Source: Methanobacteriota archaeon (GTDB lineage: Archaea > Methanobacteriota > Methanobacteria > Methanobacteriales > Methanobacteriaceae). Taken from it: a stretch of 64,000 nt of DNA. The stretch spans positions 480,001 to 544,000 of the forward strand of contig CAWBCJ010000029.1 of assembly GCA_963787255.1 (NCBI GenBank). The letters run 5' to 3'. The position numbers and the translations under genes were made by a program. Shown here piece after piece: positions 52,601-63,416 of the stretch (its first letter is position 1; the number at the start of each line of letters is the position of its first letter). Under the pieces are notes generated by a model, which saw nothing but the letters and a program-made list of their open reading frames with translations, had not been told where the DNA came from and did no database searches.

Positions 52601-52985
52601 AAAAGTAGAAGGACAGGTTAAATTGGCCGAGAAAATAAGGGCGGTTGATCAAAAAGGTGTTGTGGAAGGTGTTTTACAATCCCATTTTCTGCCGGACATG
52701 GCCGGAAATTCGAGAGCATTTTCACGACAGAAAGTAAGATGTACAAAGTGTAATAAAAAGTATAGAAGGATTCCGCTAACTGGAGAATGTACATGTGGAG
52801 GAAATTTAATACTCAGCATTTCTAAGGGGTCAGTGGTTAAGTATCTGGAAATTTCAAAGGAACTTGCCCAAAAATATCCAATTGATAATTACATTGTTCA
52901 GAGAATTGAACTTATAGAGTCGAGCATAAATTCATTGTTTGAAAGCGACAAATCCAAACAAAGTTCACTGGATGTATTTTTGTAG
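49698..52985 (+). CDS. polC: DNA polymerase D large subunit DP2
   Basis: EIPLAKDLAERVEGL, AGPIRSAGGT, FRLRYGRSR, AKRRNCDSDED, C-terminal Zn finger and QSSLDVF PIP box. Confidence 0.98.
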   Translation: MGYFETLEEETEKVYTAARKARLKGYDIELEPEIPLAKDLAERVEGLVGPKDVAKRIKELEDEYSREEVAFQIAREIVTTPDIEGEKDSIEVREDKSDQALRTALAILTEGVVAAPLEGIAKVKIKQNFDKSWYFAVYFAGPIRSAGGTAAALAVLIGDYIRLSIDLEVYKPTEREIERYVEEVELYESEVTNLQYSPTPEEVRLAVKSIPVEVTGEPTDKIEVSHRDLERVETNNIRGGALLAIAEGIIQKAPKVLKYANKLKIGGWEWLEEFSKGSSSSDDDEGDKAKVDDKYMRDIIGGRPVLSYPQAKGGFRLRYGRSRNSGLAAMGISPLTMEIVEFLAVGTQMKIERPGKGMCVVPCDSIEGPIVKLRNGSIIKVESIDQAKRIRKDVIEILFLGDILVAFGEFLRNNQFLLPSAWCEEWWQKKIENSEEYIKDENILDFGSLKELGAKEAFKISNKYNVPLHPDYTYFYHDVSIEDLNELRRWIHKYYDDVDGDKDLVLDMAPPKRILEILGVPHEVKDGKSVIKVDHVFTLINTLAGPLDASNDHTTLKALNEISPVQIMAKAPTYIGARVGRPEKTKERKMKPAPHALFPIGTNGGNRRNIVDAAKKGNIYVEISRCKCTECGIASFQAKCPICGGRAVPTGAGKKKINLATLLKKSFENVGIRKLDEIKGVIGMISEEKFPEPLEKGILRSKNDVFAFKDATIRHDSTDLPITHFIPREIGVSPLKLVEMGYTQDINGEKIENDTQIIEIKIQDIVISENCAEYLIRVSKFIDDLLENFYHEEKFYNIKEKEDIVGHLVVGLAPHTSAGVLGRIVGFTSASACYAHPYFHSAKRRNCDSDEDSVMLLLDSLLNFSKIYLPSSRGGRMDAPLVLSSRIDPEEIDDESHNIDTMTTLPLEFYEKTLEFAKPSEVLDMIDNVKKRLGTEDQYQGLMFSHETSSIHSGPKLCLYKMLPTMREKVEGQVKLAEKIRAVDQKGVVEGVLQSHFLPDMAGNSRAFSRQKVRCTKCNKKYRRIPLTGECTCGGNLILSISKGSVVKYLEISKELAQKYPIDNYIVQRIELIESSINSLFESDKSKQSSLDVFL

Positions 52986-53356
52986 TAAAGAATGTGATGC
53001 TTTATAACATATAGTAAACTTTTAATTTCATAATTAACATAATATATTTAATACTAAAATTACATTAAGTATTATGTAAATGTAATGGATATTTCGTTAA
53101 TTTGAGAAGAAGTATGGTATATAAAAATAAAAAAATGCATATTTTACACAATGCATCATTTATTTAAACTCAAATGCTTCTACAATAGTATAACGAAATT
53201 AATAAGGAGATTTTAATCTTCATAACTACGTAAATGAAATTAAAATTAGGAAATATATTTCAATGAAGAAGTTACACTATATTATAGAAATTATATTTTG
53301 AAAATGGAAATAATATTAGTTAATAATTATATTTGTAAATATTCGGGGGATTGTAA

Positions 53357-55663
53357 TTGAAAGATATTCATGCAATAGCCGCTTTGCCAACAAAGGCAAA
53401 GACATGTGTTTTAAAGAATAATGGAATATATGAAAAATTCAGCCACGAGAAGATCGTCAGGTCCTCTCTTATGGTAGGCGCGCCCTTATGGGCTGCAGAG
53501 AAAATAGCATGGTCAGTAGCAACAGCTGCTTATGATGGAATCTCCACTGCCGAAATTAAGATGCTGGTATATGATTGTCTTAAAAAAATTGATGAAAAAT
53601 TCGCGGATAAATATCTTGCAACCAATCAATTGAAGGTTAGAACTACCAGAGATACAATAGAGCCATTTGACAAGACTAAGATTGAAAATACTCTAATTGT
53701 AGAAACAAATGCATCAAAAGAGCTTGCTGAAGAAATAGCTAATGATGCATGGAAAGAACTTAAAAAATTAGATGTTGAATACCTCACAGCCCCAATGATA
53801 AGGGAAATTGTAAACACCAAACTTGTGGAACATGGTCTAGAAACATTAAGACGAAAATATACAAGGGTTGGTATCCCTGTATACAACATCACAAACCTAA
53901 TTCAAAACGGCTCCCGTGATAATGCAAACATGATTCATAATCCTGAGACTGTTCACAAATATGTTGCAGATGAGGCACTCAAGCAGTACGCATTGTTACA
54001 CATTCTTCCAAATGACTTAGCAGATGCACACATGGGCGGCGACCTTCATATTCACGATCTTGAATTCTTCGCAGGACGCCCAGTAAACTGTTTACAGCAT
54101 GATTTAAGGATATTTATAAGGAATGGGCTTAAAGTAGACGGTACTGGAGACCATACATCGGTAGCAGGCCCTCCAAACCATATTGAAACATTAATGAATC
54201 ATTCAGGCGAAATAATGCTTGCATCTCAACAGAACATGAGTGGTGGGCAATCTATGAGCCTCTGGAATGTATTTGTAGCTCCATTTGCCGCTGGTTTACC
54301 TTATGCAAAGGTAAAACAAGCAGTGCAAATGTTCATCTACAATCTGAACATGGCTTATGCTGCAAGAGGCTCACAGGTTCCATTTACAAGCATCAACCTG
54401 GAATTTACCGTACCTTCATTTTTAAAAGATGAACCAGCATATGGGCCAAGAGGACAGCAGGTAGGGACATATGGGGACTTTGAAGAAGAAACAAGAATGT
54501 TACAACGTGCATTTACCGAAACGCTCCTTGAAGGAGATTCAGATGGTAAACCTCACCTTTTCCCAAACACACCTTACGTTTTAAGGAAGGAAGTCCTAAA
54601 ACCCGAATTTGAAGAAGATTTAAGACGAGTACATGAACTTTCCGCTAAATTTGGATCTCCTTACTTTATAAACATGCTTCCAGATTACAGAGGCAAAATG
54701 GCAAATTATATGGGATGCAGAACATCATTAAGTGATAACTGGACTGGAGACTGGGAAAAAGACTGTTTCAGAACAGGAAACCTTGCTTATGTCACATTAA
54801 ACCTTCCAAGAATTGCATATAATTCAAGGGATGAAAATGACATATTTGAATATCTTGACTCCTACATGGGCCTTGGTAAAGAAATTTTAATGCTTAGAAG
54901 AGATCAAGCCCTTAAATGCCTTAATAATTACAATTTACTCCCATTCCTTTCACAAGAAGTCGGCGACGAAATGTATTATAGAATAGATAATTCTACCATG
55001 TCATTTGGTTTTGTTGGCCTAAATGAAATGCTTCTATCCTCAATGGGTGCAGGACTTGAAGATAAGGATGCTAATAAATTTGGATTAAAAGTAATTGATT
55101 ATATGAATGATAGAGTTGGCGAATTAAAGGCCGAAACAGATTTAAGATGGACAGTTCTCCAAACACCGGCAGAATCAACAGCATACAGATTCGCAACACT
55201 CGATCAAGAAAAATACAAGGACAAAATCATTGCAAATGGTGATGAAAAAACTGTTTATTACACCAACTCATCCCACGTTCCGGTTAATTCTGATGTACTG
55301 CTCCCAGAAAAGATTAAAATCGAAGAACAATATCACTCCAAGACACTTGGAGGTCACATTTTCCATGCATTCATGGGAGAATCCTATTCAGACCCTGACT
55401 CACTCCTAAGCCTTACAAATAAGATTGCAAAGAACTCAGACATTGGATTCTGGGCATACAGCTCAGCATTAAGCTTCTGCATAAAATGTAAGACCTTAAT
55501 GAAAGGTTTACAGAATACCTGCGGAACATGCGGAGAAACAACAGAAGTTGAATGGTATGACAGAATAACTGGCTACGTTCAACAGGTTGGAAGGTCTAAA
55601 TCTGCATCAGGTGGATGGAATCCTGGTAAAATGAAGGAATTAATGGATAGAAAGAGATTTTAA
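53357..55663 (+). CDS. nrdD: Anaerobic (class III) ribonucleoside-triphosphate reductase with two ATP cones
   Basis: Tandem ATP cones, LHIHDLE, MGCRT, TPAEST, YYTNS, CxxC..CxxC, glycyl site RITGYV. Confidence 0.96.
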   Translation: MKDIHAIAALPTKAKTCVLKNNGIYEKFSHEKIVRSSLMVGAPLWAAEKIAWSVATAAYDGISTAEIKMLVYDCLKKIDEKFADKYLATNQLKVRTTRDTIEPFDKTKIENTLIVETNASKELAEEIANDAWKELKKLDVEYLTAPMIREIVNTKLVEHGLETLRRKYTRVGIPVYNITNLIQNGSRDNANMIHNPETVHKYVADEALKQYALLHILPNDLADAHMGGDLHIHDLEFFAGRPVNCLQHDLRIFIRNGLKVDGTGDHTSVAGPPNHIETLMNHSGEIMLASQQNMSGGQSMSLWNVFVAPFAAGLPYAKVKQAVQMFIYNLNMAYAARGSQVPFTSINLEFTVPSFLKDEPAYGPRGQQVGTYGDFEEETRMLQRAFTETLLEGDSDGKPHLFPNTPYVLRKEVLKPEFEEDLRRVHELSAKFGSPYFINMLPDYRGKMANYMGCRTSLSDNWTGDWEKDCFRTGNLAYVTLNLPRIAYNSRDENDIFEYLDSYMGLGKEILMLRRDQALKCLNNYNLLPFLSQEVGDEMYYRIDNSTMSFGFVGLNEMLLSSMGAGLEDKDANKFGLKVIDYMNDRVGELKAETDLRWTVLQTPAESTAYRFATLDQEKYKDKIIANGDEKTVYYTNSSHVPVNSDVLLPEKIKIEEQYHSKTLGGHIFHAFMGESYSDPDSLLSLTNKIAKNSDIGFWAYSSALSFCIKCKTLMKGLQNTCGTCGETTEVEWYDRITGYVQQVGRSKSASGGWNPGKMKELMDRKRF

Positions 55664-55799
55664 TTCCTTATTTTTTTTAATTTTCTTTTTCAATTAATTT
55701 TTTGAGTCTAAAGAGATATTTTGACCAAATATTAATTTAGAAATATTATAAATTTATTTAAATTCATAAAACGCTTAAGTAAGCATAAGAGGTTAAAAC

Positions 55800-56603
55800 A
55801 TGCCAGAATTTAATCTAAATCAAAATTCATGCCACAGCTGTGGAACATGTGCATCCAGCTGTCCTCTGGGCCATCTTGAAATGAATACATATCCTGAAGT
55901 TATCCCAGAAACAATGTGTTCCACATGCGGCCACTGCGAAGCATCCTGTCCAGAAGGAGCCATCAACATTTCAGGCCCTGAGCTTGAACCTCCATTAGTT
56001 GACATGAGCTCTAAAATCTCATCTGAAGATATGGGAAACTACATGAGAAATCGCAGGTCAATCCGGAATTATAAGAACAAAACAATTCCTCGTGAAACCA
56101 TTGAAGAAGTTATGGACATTGTCAGGTTTGCCCCATCTGGCGTAAATCAACAACCTATAGAATGGATTATTATTGAAGATTCGCAAAAGGTCAAAGAACT
56201 TGCAGGATTATGTATAAACTGGATGGAAAAATTAGTTGAAGATAATTCTCCATTAACTCAAGTACTTCCAATTGAATCTTTAATTAAAGTTTGGAAAACA
56301 GGATTGGATCCTATTTTAAGAGGAGCACCTCACGTATTCATTGCTACTGCCAAAGCTCAGGAGGGAAGCGCTCCAACTGATGGAGTTATTGCCCTAAGTC
56401 ATCTGGAACTGGCATTACCTTCTTTTAGTCTGGGTTCCTGTTGGGCAGGTTTTCTTAAAATGGCATCTGATTTTGAACCAATAAAAGAATTTTTAGGATT
56501 AAAGGAAGATGAATTGTTTATTGGAGCTTTAATGGTGGGATACCCTGAATGTAAGTTTTTTAGAGTTCCTAAACGGAAAAAATTGTCTGTAAAATATATT
56601 TAA
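55800..56603 (+). CDS. Nitroreductase with N-terminal 2x[4Fe-4S] ferredoxin domain
   Basis: CHSCGTCASSCP, CSTCGHCEASCP, RRSIRNY, APSGVNQQP, LGSCWAG. Confidence 0.93.
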   Translation: MPEFNLNQNSCHSCGTCASSCPLGHLEMNTYPEVIPETMCSTCGHCEASCPEGAINISGPELEPPLVDMSSKISSEDMGNYMRNRRSIRNYKNKTIPRETIEEVMDIVRFAPSGVNQQPIEWIIIEDSQKVKELAGLCINWMEKLVEDNSPLTQVLPIESLIKVWKTGLDPILRGAPHVFIATAKAQEGSAPTDGVIALSHLELALPSFSLGSCWAGFLKMASDFEPIKEFLGLKEDELFIGALMVGYPECKFFRVPKRKKLSVKYI

Positions 56604-56777
56604 TCAAAAAAAAGGATTAAATCATTTATTTTTTTTATTTTGCAAGAGATATTAGTTGCAATTTTGCTATTGAGATTATTGATTTTAAAAATTAAAAAGC
56701 AAACTATTTTTCAATTTAAATCAATATATTATTTAAAATTGAATTTATTGAACAATTTTTTGTTTAAAAGTGATTCT

Positions 56778-58264
56778 ATGACCAAAAAAATAATCATAAT
56801 CGGTGGAGGAATCGCAGGGCTCTCCACAGGAATTTACGCCCAAATGAACGGTTACAGTGCTACAATATTTGAAAAACACAGTAAACCTGGTGGTTTATGC
56901 ACTTCATGGCACCGTAAAGACTTCACATTCGATTACTGCATTCATAATCTCGCAGGAACTGGTAATGTGCGTCTAAGGGGAGTTTGGAATGATTTGGGTG
57001 CTTTTGAAGGCACAGAAATTATTAATCACGAAGCTTTCACACGTGTTGAAGATAGTCATGGTAATGCGCTTAATATTTACACAGACCTTGATGATTAGAA
57101 AAACATATGAAAGAAATTGCTCCAGAAGATTCCAAAGCAATTGAAGAATATGTGAAAGCTGGAAAATCTCTTTCAGGTGCTGATTTCTTTGCAATGAATA
57201 TGGGTGGAACCATGAGCAAGCTGAAAATGGCAACTAATTTACCTAAAATTATGAAATGGGGTAAAATCAATTTAAAAGATTATGCAGAAAAATTCAGCAA
57301 TGAATTCCTTAAAAAAGCATTTCCACATGTTCAATATAATATGAAGGGCTCAGATATACCCATGTTCCCTCATCTACTCTTTTTATCCGGTTTTAATGTT
57401 GGAGATTTGGGCTGGCCTAAAGGTGGTTCACTGGAATTTAGCCGCAGAGTGGCAAAAAGATTCAATGATTTAGGTGGTAAACTGAATCAGAAGTCTAAAG
57501 TTGAAAAAATAATAGTGGAAGACGATAAATCAGTGGGGATCATTCTTGAAGATGGAAGCGAACATCGAGCCGATATTATTATATCTGCAGCAGACGGTCA
57601 CGAAACCATCTACAAAATGTTAGATGGAAAATACACCAATGAAACTATTGACAAGTATTATCAAGCTTATTTAGAAGAACAGGGGTTTGGATTGCAGGTC
57701 TATCTTGGGCTTAATAGAGATTTATCTGATGAGCCCCATGCTATTGCTTTACTTTTAGATGAACCCGTAAAGCTTGAATTAGAAGAAAGGGATTCATTAT
57801 ACCTTGAATTATTTGATTCAAACTCTGGAGTTGCACCCGAAGGAAAATCAGTTATAAAAGTCGTTACTGAAGGAAATTACAACCACTGGAAGAAAATGCG
57901 TGAAGAAGACATGGAAAAATATCGACAGGAAAAAGAAGCAGTTTACCAGAAAGTCCTGGAAATACTTGAAAAGAGATTCCCCGGTATAAAAGAGCAGGTT
58001 GAAATCCATGACATTACAACACCAGTTACTGTGGAAAGATTCACTCTTAATTTCCATGGATTGCAACCCTGGCCCGCACCTGAAAGTGGAATGAAGATTA
58101 TGTTGAGTGGATTAAGTAAAACTCTTCCAGGACTTGAAAACTTCTACATGGTTGGTCAATGGGCCAGCGCAATGATTGGAGTTTCTAATGCAGCGATTAT
58201 GGGTCGAAATCTTGTAAAAGATATCTGTAAACAGGATAAAAAGAAATTTAAGACTAAAATATAA
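56778..58264 (+). CDS. NAD(P)/FAD-dependent oxidoreductase, phytoene desaturase-like (frameshift ~57095)
   Basis: ATG 56778 KIIIIGGGIAGL..FEK..PGGLCTSW; continued by 57107..58264 PKGGS, TPVT..R, LENFYMVGQW. Confidence 0.9.
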
Positions 58265-58316
58265 TTGAAATTTAAGAGAAATAAAAATCCGTAACTTGAA
58301 TGCTAATTCTTTTAAA

Positions 58317-59483
58317 CTATTTATTTTTAAAATCAAGCACTGATAAAGCAGCAGTTCCATCTTCAAGCTTTATTAATTCAGTAACTGATTCAGATGAAGC
58401 TCCAAAGCCGTGACAAATCATAGTATGTCTTCCAGTGCCTCCAGCAACAACAATAATCACATCTTCAGGTTTCCGTGTTATCTTAACATTTCCATCACGA
58501 ATCCACTTTTCATCCAGCTTTCTCCCTCCTCTATCACCAAGTTCAGCCGGTACAAGTGCGTTCTTGTGGAAATAATTTTTCACGTCTTTTTTACTCCACC
58601 CATCATCTGATATTGTCTTTGCATGTTCTGGGCTCATTATAACAAGCATTTCGCCGGGTACATGGCTGTTATTGCAACCTGCAACTGATGCAGTATCAAT
58701 TATTGTGTCCATTAGATCTTTTGCAGTTTTACTTCGATGATCATTTACATTATGGGGTGAATCTAAGGCCATCATTGTTACAGTGCTTTCATTTTTTCTA
58801 AATCCACGTTCTACATGCAACGGTTCCCATGGATTATCATTTTCAGCCTCTCCAAAGCAAAAACTGTACTTTGAAGGCGAGCCCATTGTGGCATGATCGC
58901 CAATTCCGGGAATCGCTCCGGCTATGTTTATGAGGCATAGTCTTATTGCTCTTCCAATTGTGGCATTTGCGATATTTCCTGGACCTAAACAACCAGCACC
59001 ACTATTAATACCAATTTCATATGCTATTGGACCATTTAAAATTCCGCATATTGCTACAGGATGCGTAGTTGCGTTTACTCCGGGCAAATTGAACTTTTCC
59101 TCAGAAATTGCCTTAATCGAGTGTTGAATTATGGGCATAAATTGTGGAATGCAGCCCGCCATCACAGAATTCACGGCTATTTTTTCCACTGTTGCTTTTC
59201 CAGATCTTGGTGGAAGTACCGCTATTAAATCATCCTTATTTAAGCCGCTAAATTCAATGAATTTACGTATTCGTTCTCCTGTTGGTGGAATTATTGGTAA
59301 ACCATCAGTTTGCTTTTTCATGTAAAATTCATAGCTTATTTTTTCTGCATCAGGATCTACAAAAACTTCAATATCGCTTTTGGACGTGCTACAAAGGCGT
59401 TCTTCACCCTTTTCTATATTTTGATTTAATAAATCTTCAATGGAACATCCACATGTATCTTTGTTGATTTTTTTGTCTTTCAT
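58317..59483 (-). CDS. Uncharacterised conserved protein, usual partner of UGSC-family proteins
   Basis: [56 protein letters not shown]. Confidence 0.82.
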   Translation of the reverse strand: MKDKKINKDTCGCSIEDLLNQNIEKGEERLCSTSKSDIEVFVDPDAEKISYEFYMKKQTDGLPIIPPTGERIRKFIEFSGLNKDDLIAVLPPRSGKATVEKIAVNSVMAGCIPQFMPIIQHSIKAISEEKFNLPGVNATTHPVAICGILNGPIAYEIGINSGAGCLGPGNIANATIGRAIRLCLINIAGAIPGIGDHATMGSPSKYSFCFGEAENDNPWEPLHVERGFRKNESTVTMMALDSPHNVNDHRSKTAKDLMDTIIDTASVAGCNNSHVPGEMLVIMSPEHAKTISDDGWSKKDVKNYFHKNALVPAELGDRGGRKLDEKWIRDGNVKITRKPEDVIIVVAGGTGRHTMICHGFGASSESVTELIKLEDGTAALSVLDFKNK

Positions 59484-59501
59484 TAAATGCCCTCGACAAA
59501 T

Positions 59502-60017
59502 TTAAGTTATATTCAGTAATTTTTTGACTTCAGGAATGATTTTTTCAGTTTTAGCTTTCACTTCGTCTTCTTCAAGCCCTGCAATGGGGTGCTCAATCTC
59601 AATTATCCTTAAACTCTCTGCTCCCTGAGCTTTTGCCAGTGAATATGCATAATCGGTGAACTTATGAGAACAAATGGAAATTGTAGATTTTCCTTCTTTT
59701 TCAAGCCTTATTGCATCTAAAATTACCCAAGTTGTGCATGAACCGCAGTCTCCAAGAGCTAAAATCACTACATCTCCTTTCATGGCCTTTTTCATCTGTT
59801 TTTCTGTTGCATGAGCACCAGCTGGCTTTTTAGCAGATATTGGACTTATTTTTAAATTTTTATTTATTGTTTCTAAAATAATGTCTGCATTGGGCTTTGT
59901 ATTGTCAAAATATGTTATTTTATTGATTTTTTGTGGAATTTCAGTTAATTCTATTTTTTCTGCTGCAGATTCACCTAATGGATCCATTACTTCTTTTTCT
60001 ATGATATTAACTCTCAT
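59502..60017 (-). CDS. UGSC-family (seleno)protein, Cys-encoded homologue
   Basis: DNTKPNAD, ALGDCGSCT..D...LE, F...A..Q, HPI; AGGAG RBS before ATG 60017. Confidence 0.8.
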   Translation of the reverse strand: MRVNIIEKEVMDPLGESAAEKIELTEIPQKINKITYFDNTKPNADIILETINKNLKISPISAKKPAGAHATEKQMKKAMKGDVVILALGDCGSCTTWVILDAIRLEKEGKSTISICSHKFTDYAYSLAKAQGAESLRIIEIEHPIAGLEEDEVKAKTEKIIPEVKKLLNIT

Positions 60018-60158
60018 TTTAATCTCCTGAAGCATTAATAATGAATTTATCTTAATCATTGAAAGGGTGAGAATAATTTAAAATCAGAATTATTTTTATA
60101 TTTCATTATTATTTTCCATCTTTTATAAGTTACTCAATCAAACACTTTTTTCATATTA

Positions 60159-61428
60159 TCATTTTTTCGGCTTTATGAAAGCTAATACGATGCCTATAAT
60201 TGTTATGGCTATTCCTAATGCAATCGCGCTGAAATTAAGTTGGAATAGGAGTATAATACAGGTAATTAGCCCAAAAACTGGTAATAATGGTAAACGCTTT
60301 ACATTTAGTGGTATTCTAAATGGTCTTTTTAAATCAGGAGATATGTATCTTAGAATAATTACTGAGGCATTTATGAAGATGAAACTTAAAAATAGTGCAT
60401 AATTAGTAGCGCTTGCAAGAAATTCTAAATTTCCGACAAAAATGAATCCAATTGCAACCATTCCCACAATGATGATTGATACCCATGGTGTTCTAGTTTT
60501 AGAATGTACTTTTTTAAGTATTAAAGGAAGCGAATTAGATTCGGACATACCATAAACTATCCTGGAACCTGCTAAAAGTAACAAAAGAACTGTATTACTC
60601 GTTGCAAATAGTGCTATTATAGAAAGTAAGAATGATCCATTAGGCCCAAGTGCAGTAAACGCTATTTGGGAAAATGGGGCCTGTGAATTAGCAAGAGCTT
60701 CCCAGCCAAGTATGCTAACTGAGCTAAAAGCCACAAGAATGTACAAAACTGTGCTTATTATCATTGCAAGTATAATTGCCCGGGGAATGTTTTTATTTGG
60801 TTCGATAGTCTCTTCTGAAAGCTTAACGATCTCTTCAAAACCAAGATAAGCAAAAAAAATCAAAGCTGCAGATGCAAAAATTCCATTTAAGCCTAAAGGC
60901 ATTTCAAAATAATTAACAGTTCCATAATAAGGTATTCCAATAAAAAAGATAATTAAGAGACCAAGAGCTTCTATGGATGTAAATAAAATTGCAACCCATG
61001 CAGATTCTTTTATTCCAATAAAAAGAATAAATGATAGCACTGCTATTAGACCAATAGCAGAGTAAATTGGAGGTATGTTAAATATTGTTCCCAAATAATT
61101 GCCAAAACCTATAGCAACTGCTGAAGAGCTAATCACTGCACTGAATATAATGATCCAACCTATGATAAATCCAATTCGTTCACCCATGGCATTTTTAACG
61201 TACTCATATTCTGCTGCAGAACTTGGAAACATGGAAGCGAGTTCTGCATAGCTTAAAGCGGTAAAAGCCGCAACGGTGGATGCAATTAGGAATGAAAGCC
61301 ATAGGGCGTTCCCTGCTAAAGGTGCTGCTTCTCCAAGGAGTGCGTATATACCTGCACCAAGTATTATTCCTATTCCGGATACAGTAACTTCAAAAAGCCC
61401 TAATTTACGTTTTAAAGACTTAATTCAT
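60159..61428 (-). CDS. APC family amino acid permease (1-nt insertion just after start codon)
   Basis: Frame extends upstream of 61232 through LKRKLGLFEVTVSGIGIILGAGIY..SYAELASMFP; FFAYLGFE, SRIVYGMS, RPFRIP. Confidence 0.92.
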
Positions 61429-61694
61429 TCACCACCCTCATCTCATATTTAATAATTTATGAGGGATGTTAAGAATCATCGATAGATTTCGAAATTGTTA
61501 AAATTATGTTTTGAAGACAATTAGTAATACTATTTATAATTTAATTAATATTTAGTATTTTGTTAGTTAATCCAAAACAAAAATTAGATGTTATTTTGAC
61601 TTAAAATTCAATATTTTGAGTTCGAAAATTAAAAAAAAGAATTAAAAACAAATAAAGAAGGAAAAATTAACCTTATTAAGGTTATATACTTAAA

Positions 61695-63272
61695 TTAAGC
61701 TTCCCCTCTAAACCTTTTAATAACAAAATCCTTATCCAAAGATAAAACAAATGAAGCAGCCCTCGGCCCTTGTTTTTTACCAATTATGGTTTTATAAATT
61801 GCCTGGAACCCCTTTTGAGGTTTCATGTCAAACTCTCTAAGAAGATTGTACATCTCATCATGAAGCTCTTCAGCGGTATAATCTTTCTTTTCAAGTAGAT
61901 CTGCTACTTTACGCAAGAATCCGGTCTGATCTTCACCTAAAGGCAATCTAGGAATCTTTTTCATGACCTGGAACTTTACAAATTCTGGTGCATACTTATT
62001 AAGCCAGTTTTTAACGTGACTCAGCCGCATTTGAAGCCTTTTAAGGTCATCTTCACCTAAATCTTCAAACTTCAAATCATTCATATAATCTGGAAGCTGT
62101 GAATTCTTTTTAAGTATCTCAAAGACCTTCTTAATATCTCCACCAGCGATCTGATATGCCACTGTCATAAATCTGTATGAAGGCTGGAAAGGCATTTTCT
62201 CTTTTAATTCAATTTGTGAAATTTCATAAATCTTTTTGCCTTTTTCTTCTTCCTTTTCAGATGCTGGCTCTTCTCCACCGTAATATATTCTTTCAACACG
62301 ATCATATTGGTCAATGAAGTCCAGAAACGGCATCTCAGGGTTGAAATCTTTATGTTTAAGTGGTTTACTACGGAATATAAAGTAATTAAGGGTTTCAGGC
62401 GCCCCTATTTCGAGCCATTGTCCGGGAGTAAAGAACACTCCCTGAGATTTTGACATTGCATCGCCTTTCAAGGTAATCCATTCATAAGGTACAGGATAAG
62501 GAGCAGGATAATCAAATATTTCCTTTGATATAATACTGCTCACATCATAAGATCCGCCGCTTGCTGCATGATCTTTTCCAAAGGGTTCGCAGGTAATACC
62601 GAATATTTTCCATCTTGCAGCCCATTCAACACGCCATGTGAGCTTTCCTAAGCCGGATTTAATGTCCATTGACCCTTCATGACTGCATTCACACCTGTAA
62701 TGAACCATATCTCCATCATAGCCATAGGCAAAAGTTGTATTTATCCGTCCACATTCCTCGCAGATTGGATTGTAGGGAAGCCAATCATCTGCTAGAGGAT
62801 TTTCACGGTATTGATTGAATATCTCCCGAATTTCAGGCGCTTTTTCAAGGGATATTCTAACATAATCGTCATAAACACCTTCCTTGTACATTTTCTCCCC
62901 CGAATAAATCTGGAGAGAAATTCCAAAGTCATCTAAAGTATCAAGGAACGGTTTTTCAAAGTGTTCCACGAAATTTGCACAGCAGTCTTCAGGACATGGA
63001 ATATGAGCGTATGGTATACCTAAATATTTCTCATAACTTGCTGGAAGGGGATAAGGAACCTTACGAAGCGGATCGTAGTCGTCTGCAATCCATATAACTT
63101 CTGCAGGAGCTCCAATACTCTTTAAAGCCTTTGTAACTGCATTTGCAATAAATACATCGCATGAATTCCCGATGTGTATGGAACCGGATATGGATGTTCC
63201 GCTTGCAATTACGTGCTTTTCCACATCTCTTTCATTTAAACTATCTGCAACATTTTCAATCCAATGTTTCAA
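61695..63272 (-). CDS. lysS: Lysine--tRNA ligase, class I
   Basis: HW start, [47 protein letters not shown]. Confidence 0.97.
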   Translation of the reverse strand: MKHWIENVADSLNERDVEKHVIASGTSISGSIHIGNSCDVFIANAVTKALKSIGAPAEVIWIADDYDPLRKVPYPLPASYEKYLGIPYAHIPCPEDCCANFVEHFEKPFLDTLDDFGISLQIYSGEKMYKEGVYDDYVRISLEKAPEIREIFNQYRENPLADDWLPYNPICEECGRINTTFAYGYDGDMVHYRCECSHEGSMDIKSGLGKLTWRVEWAARWKIFGITCEPFGKDHAASGGSYDVSSIISKEIFDYPAPYPVPYEWITLKGDAMSKSQGVFFTPGQWLEIGAPETLNYFIFRSKPLKHKDFNPEMPFLDFIDQYDRVERIYYGGEEPASEKEEEKGKKIYEISQIELKEKMPFQPSYRFMTVAYQIAGGDIKKVFEILKKNSQLPDYMNDLKFEDLGEDDLKRLQMRLSHVKNWLNKYAPEFVKFQVMKKIPRLPLGEDQTGFLRKVADLLEKKDYTAEELHDEMYNLLREFDMKPQKGFQAIYKTIIGKKQGPRAASFVLSLDKDFVIKRFRGEA

Positions 63273-63416
63273 TCAAATCACCTGTATCTATATAATCATA
63301 AATCATGTTTAAAAATAATAAAATTAAATTTAAGGAAAAAATATGGGATTATTTATAAAAAATGTAATTATTATAAGTTCTATAGTTAAGAAAATAATAA
63401 AATAATGATTAGGAGT

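Noticed and set aside
53274-53290. NrdR-box-like ACACTATATTATAG upstream of nrdD
   Set aside because: Single imperfect copy with wrong spacing in AT-rich DNA; no nrdR in the window
49698-55663. Inteins in DP2 or NrdD
   Set aside because: Lengths are normal, catalytic motifs are contiguous, and there are no splice-junction or LAGLIDADG motifs
56640-56777. Hydrophobic N-terminal extension of ORF 56640..57098
   Set aside because: AT-rich intergenic sequence; the Rossmann motif places the true start at ATG 56778
59730-59760. Selenocysteine recoding in the UGSC protein
   Set aside because: Both motif codons are TGC; no in-frame TGA
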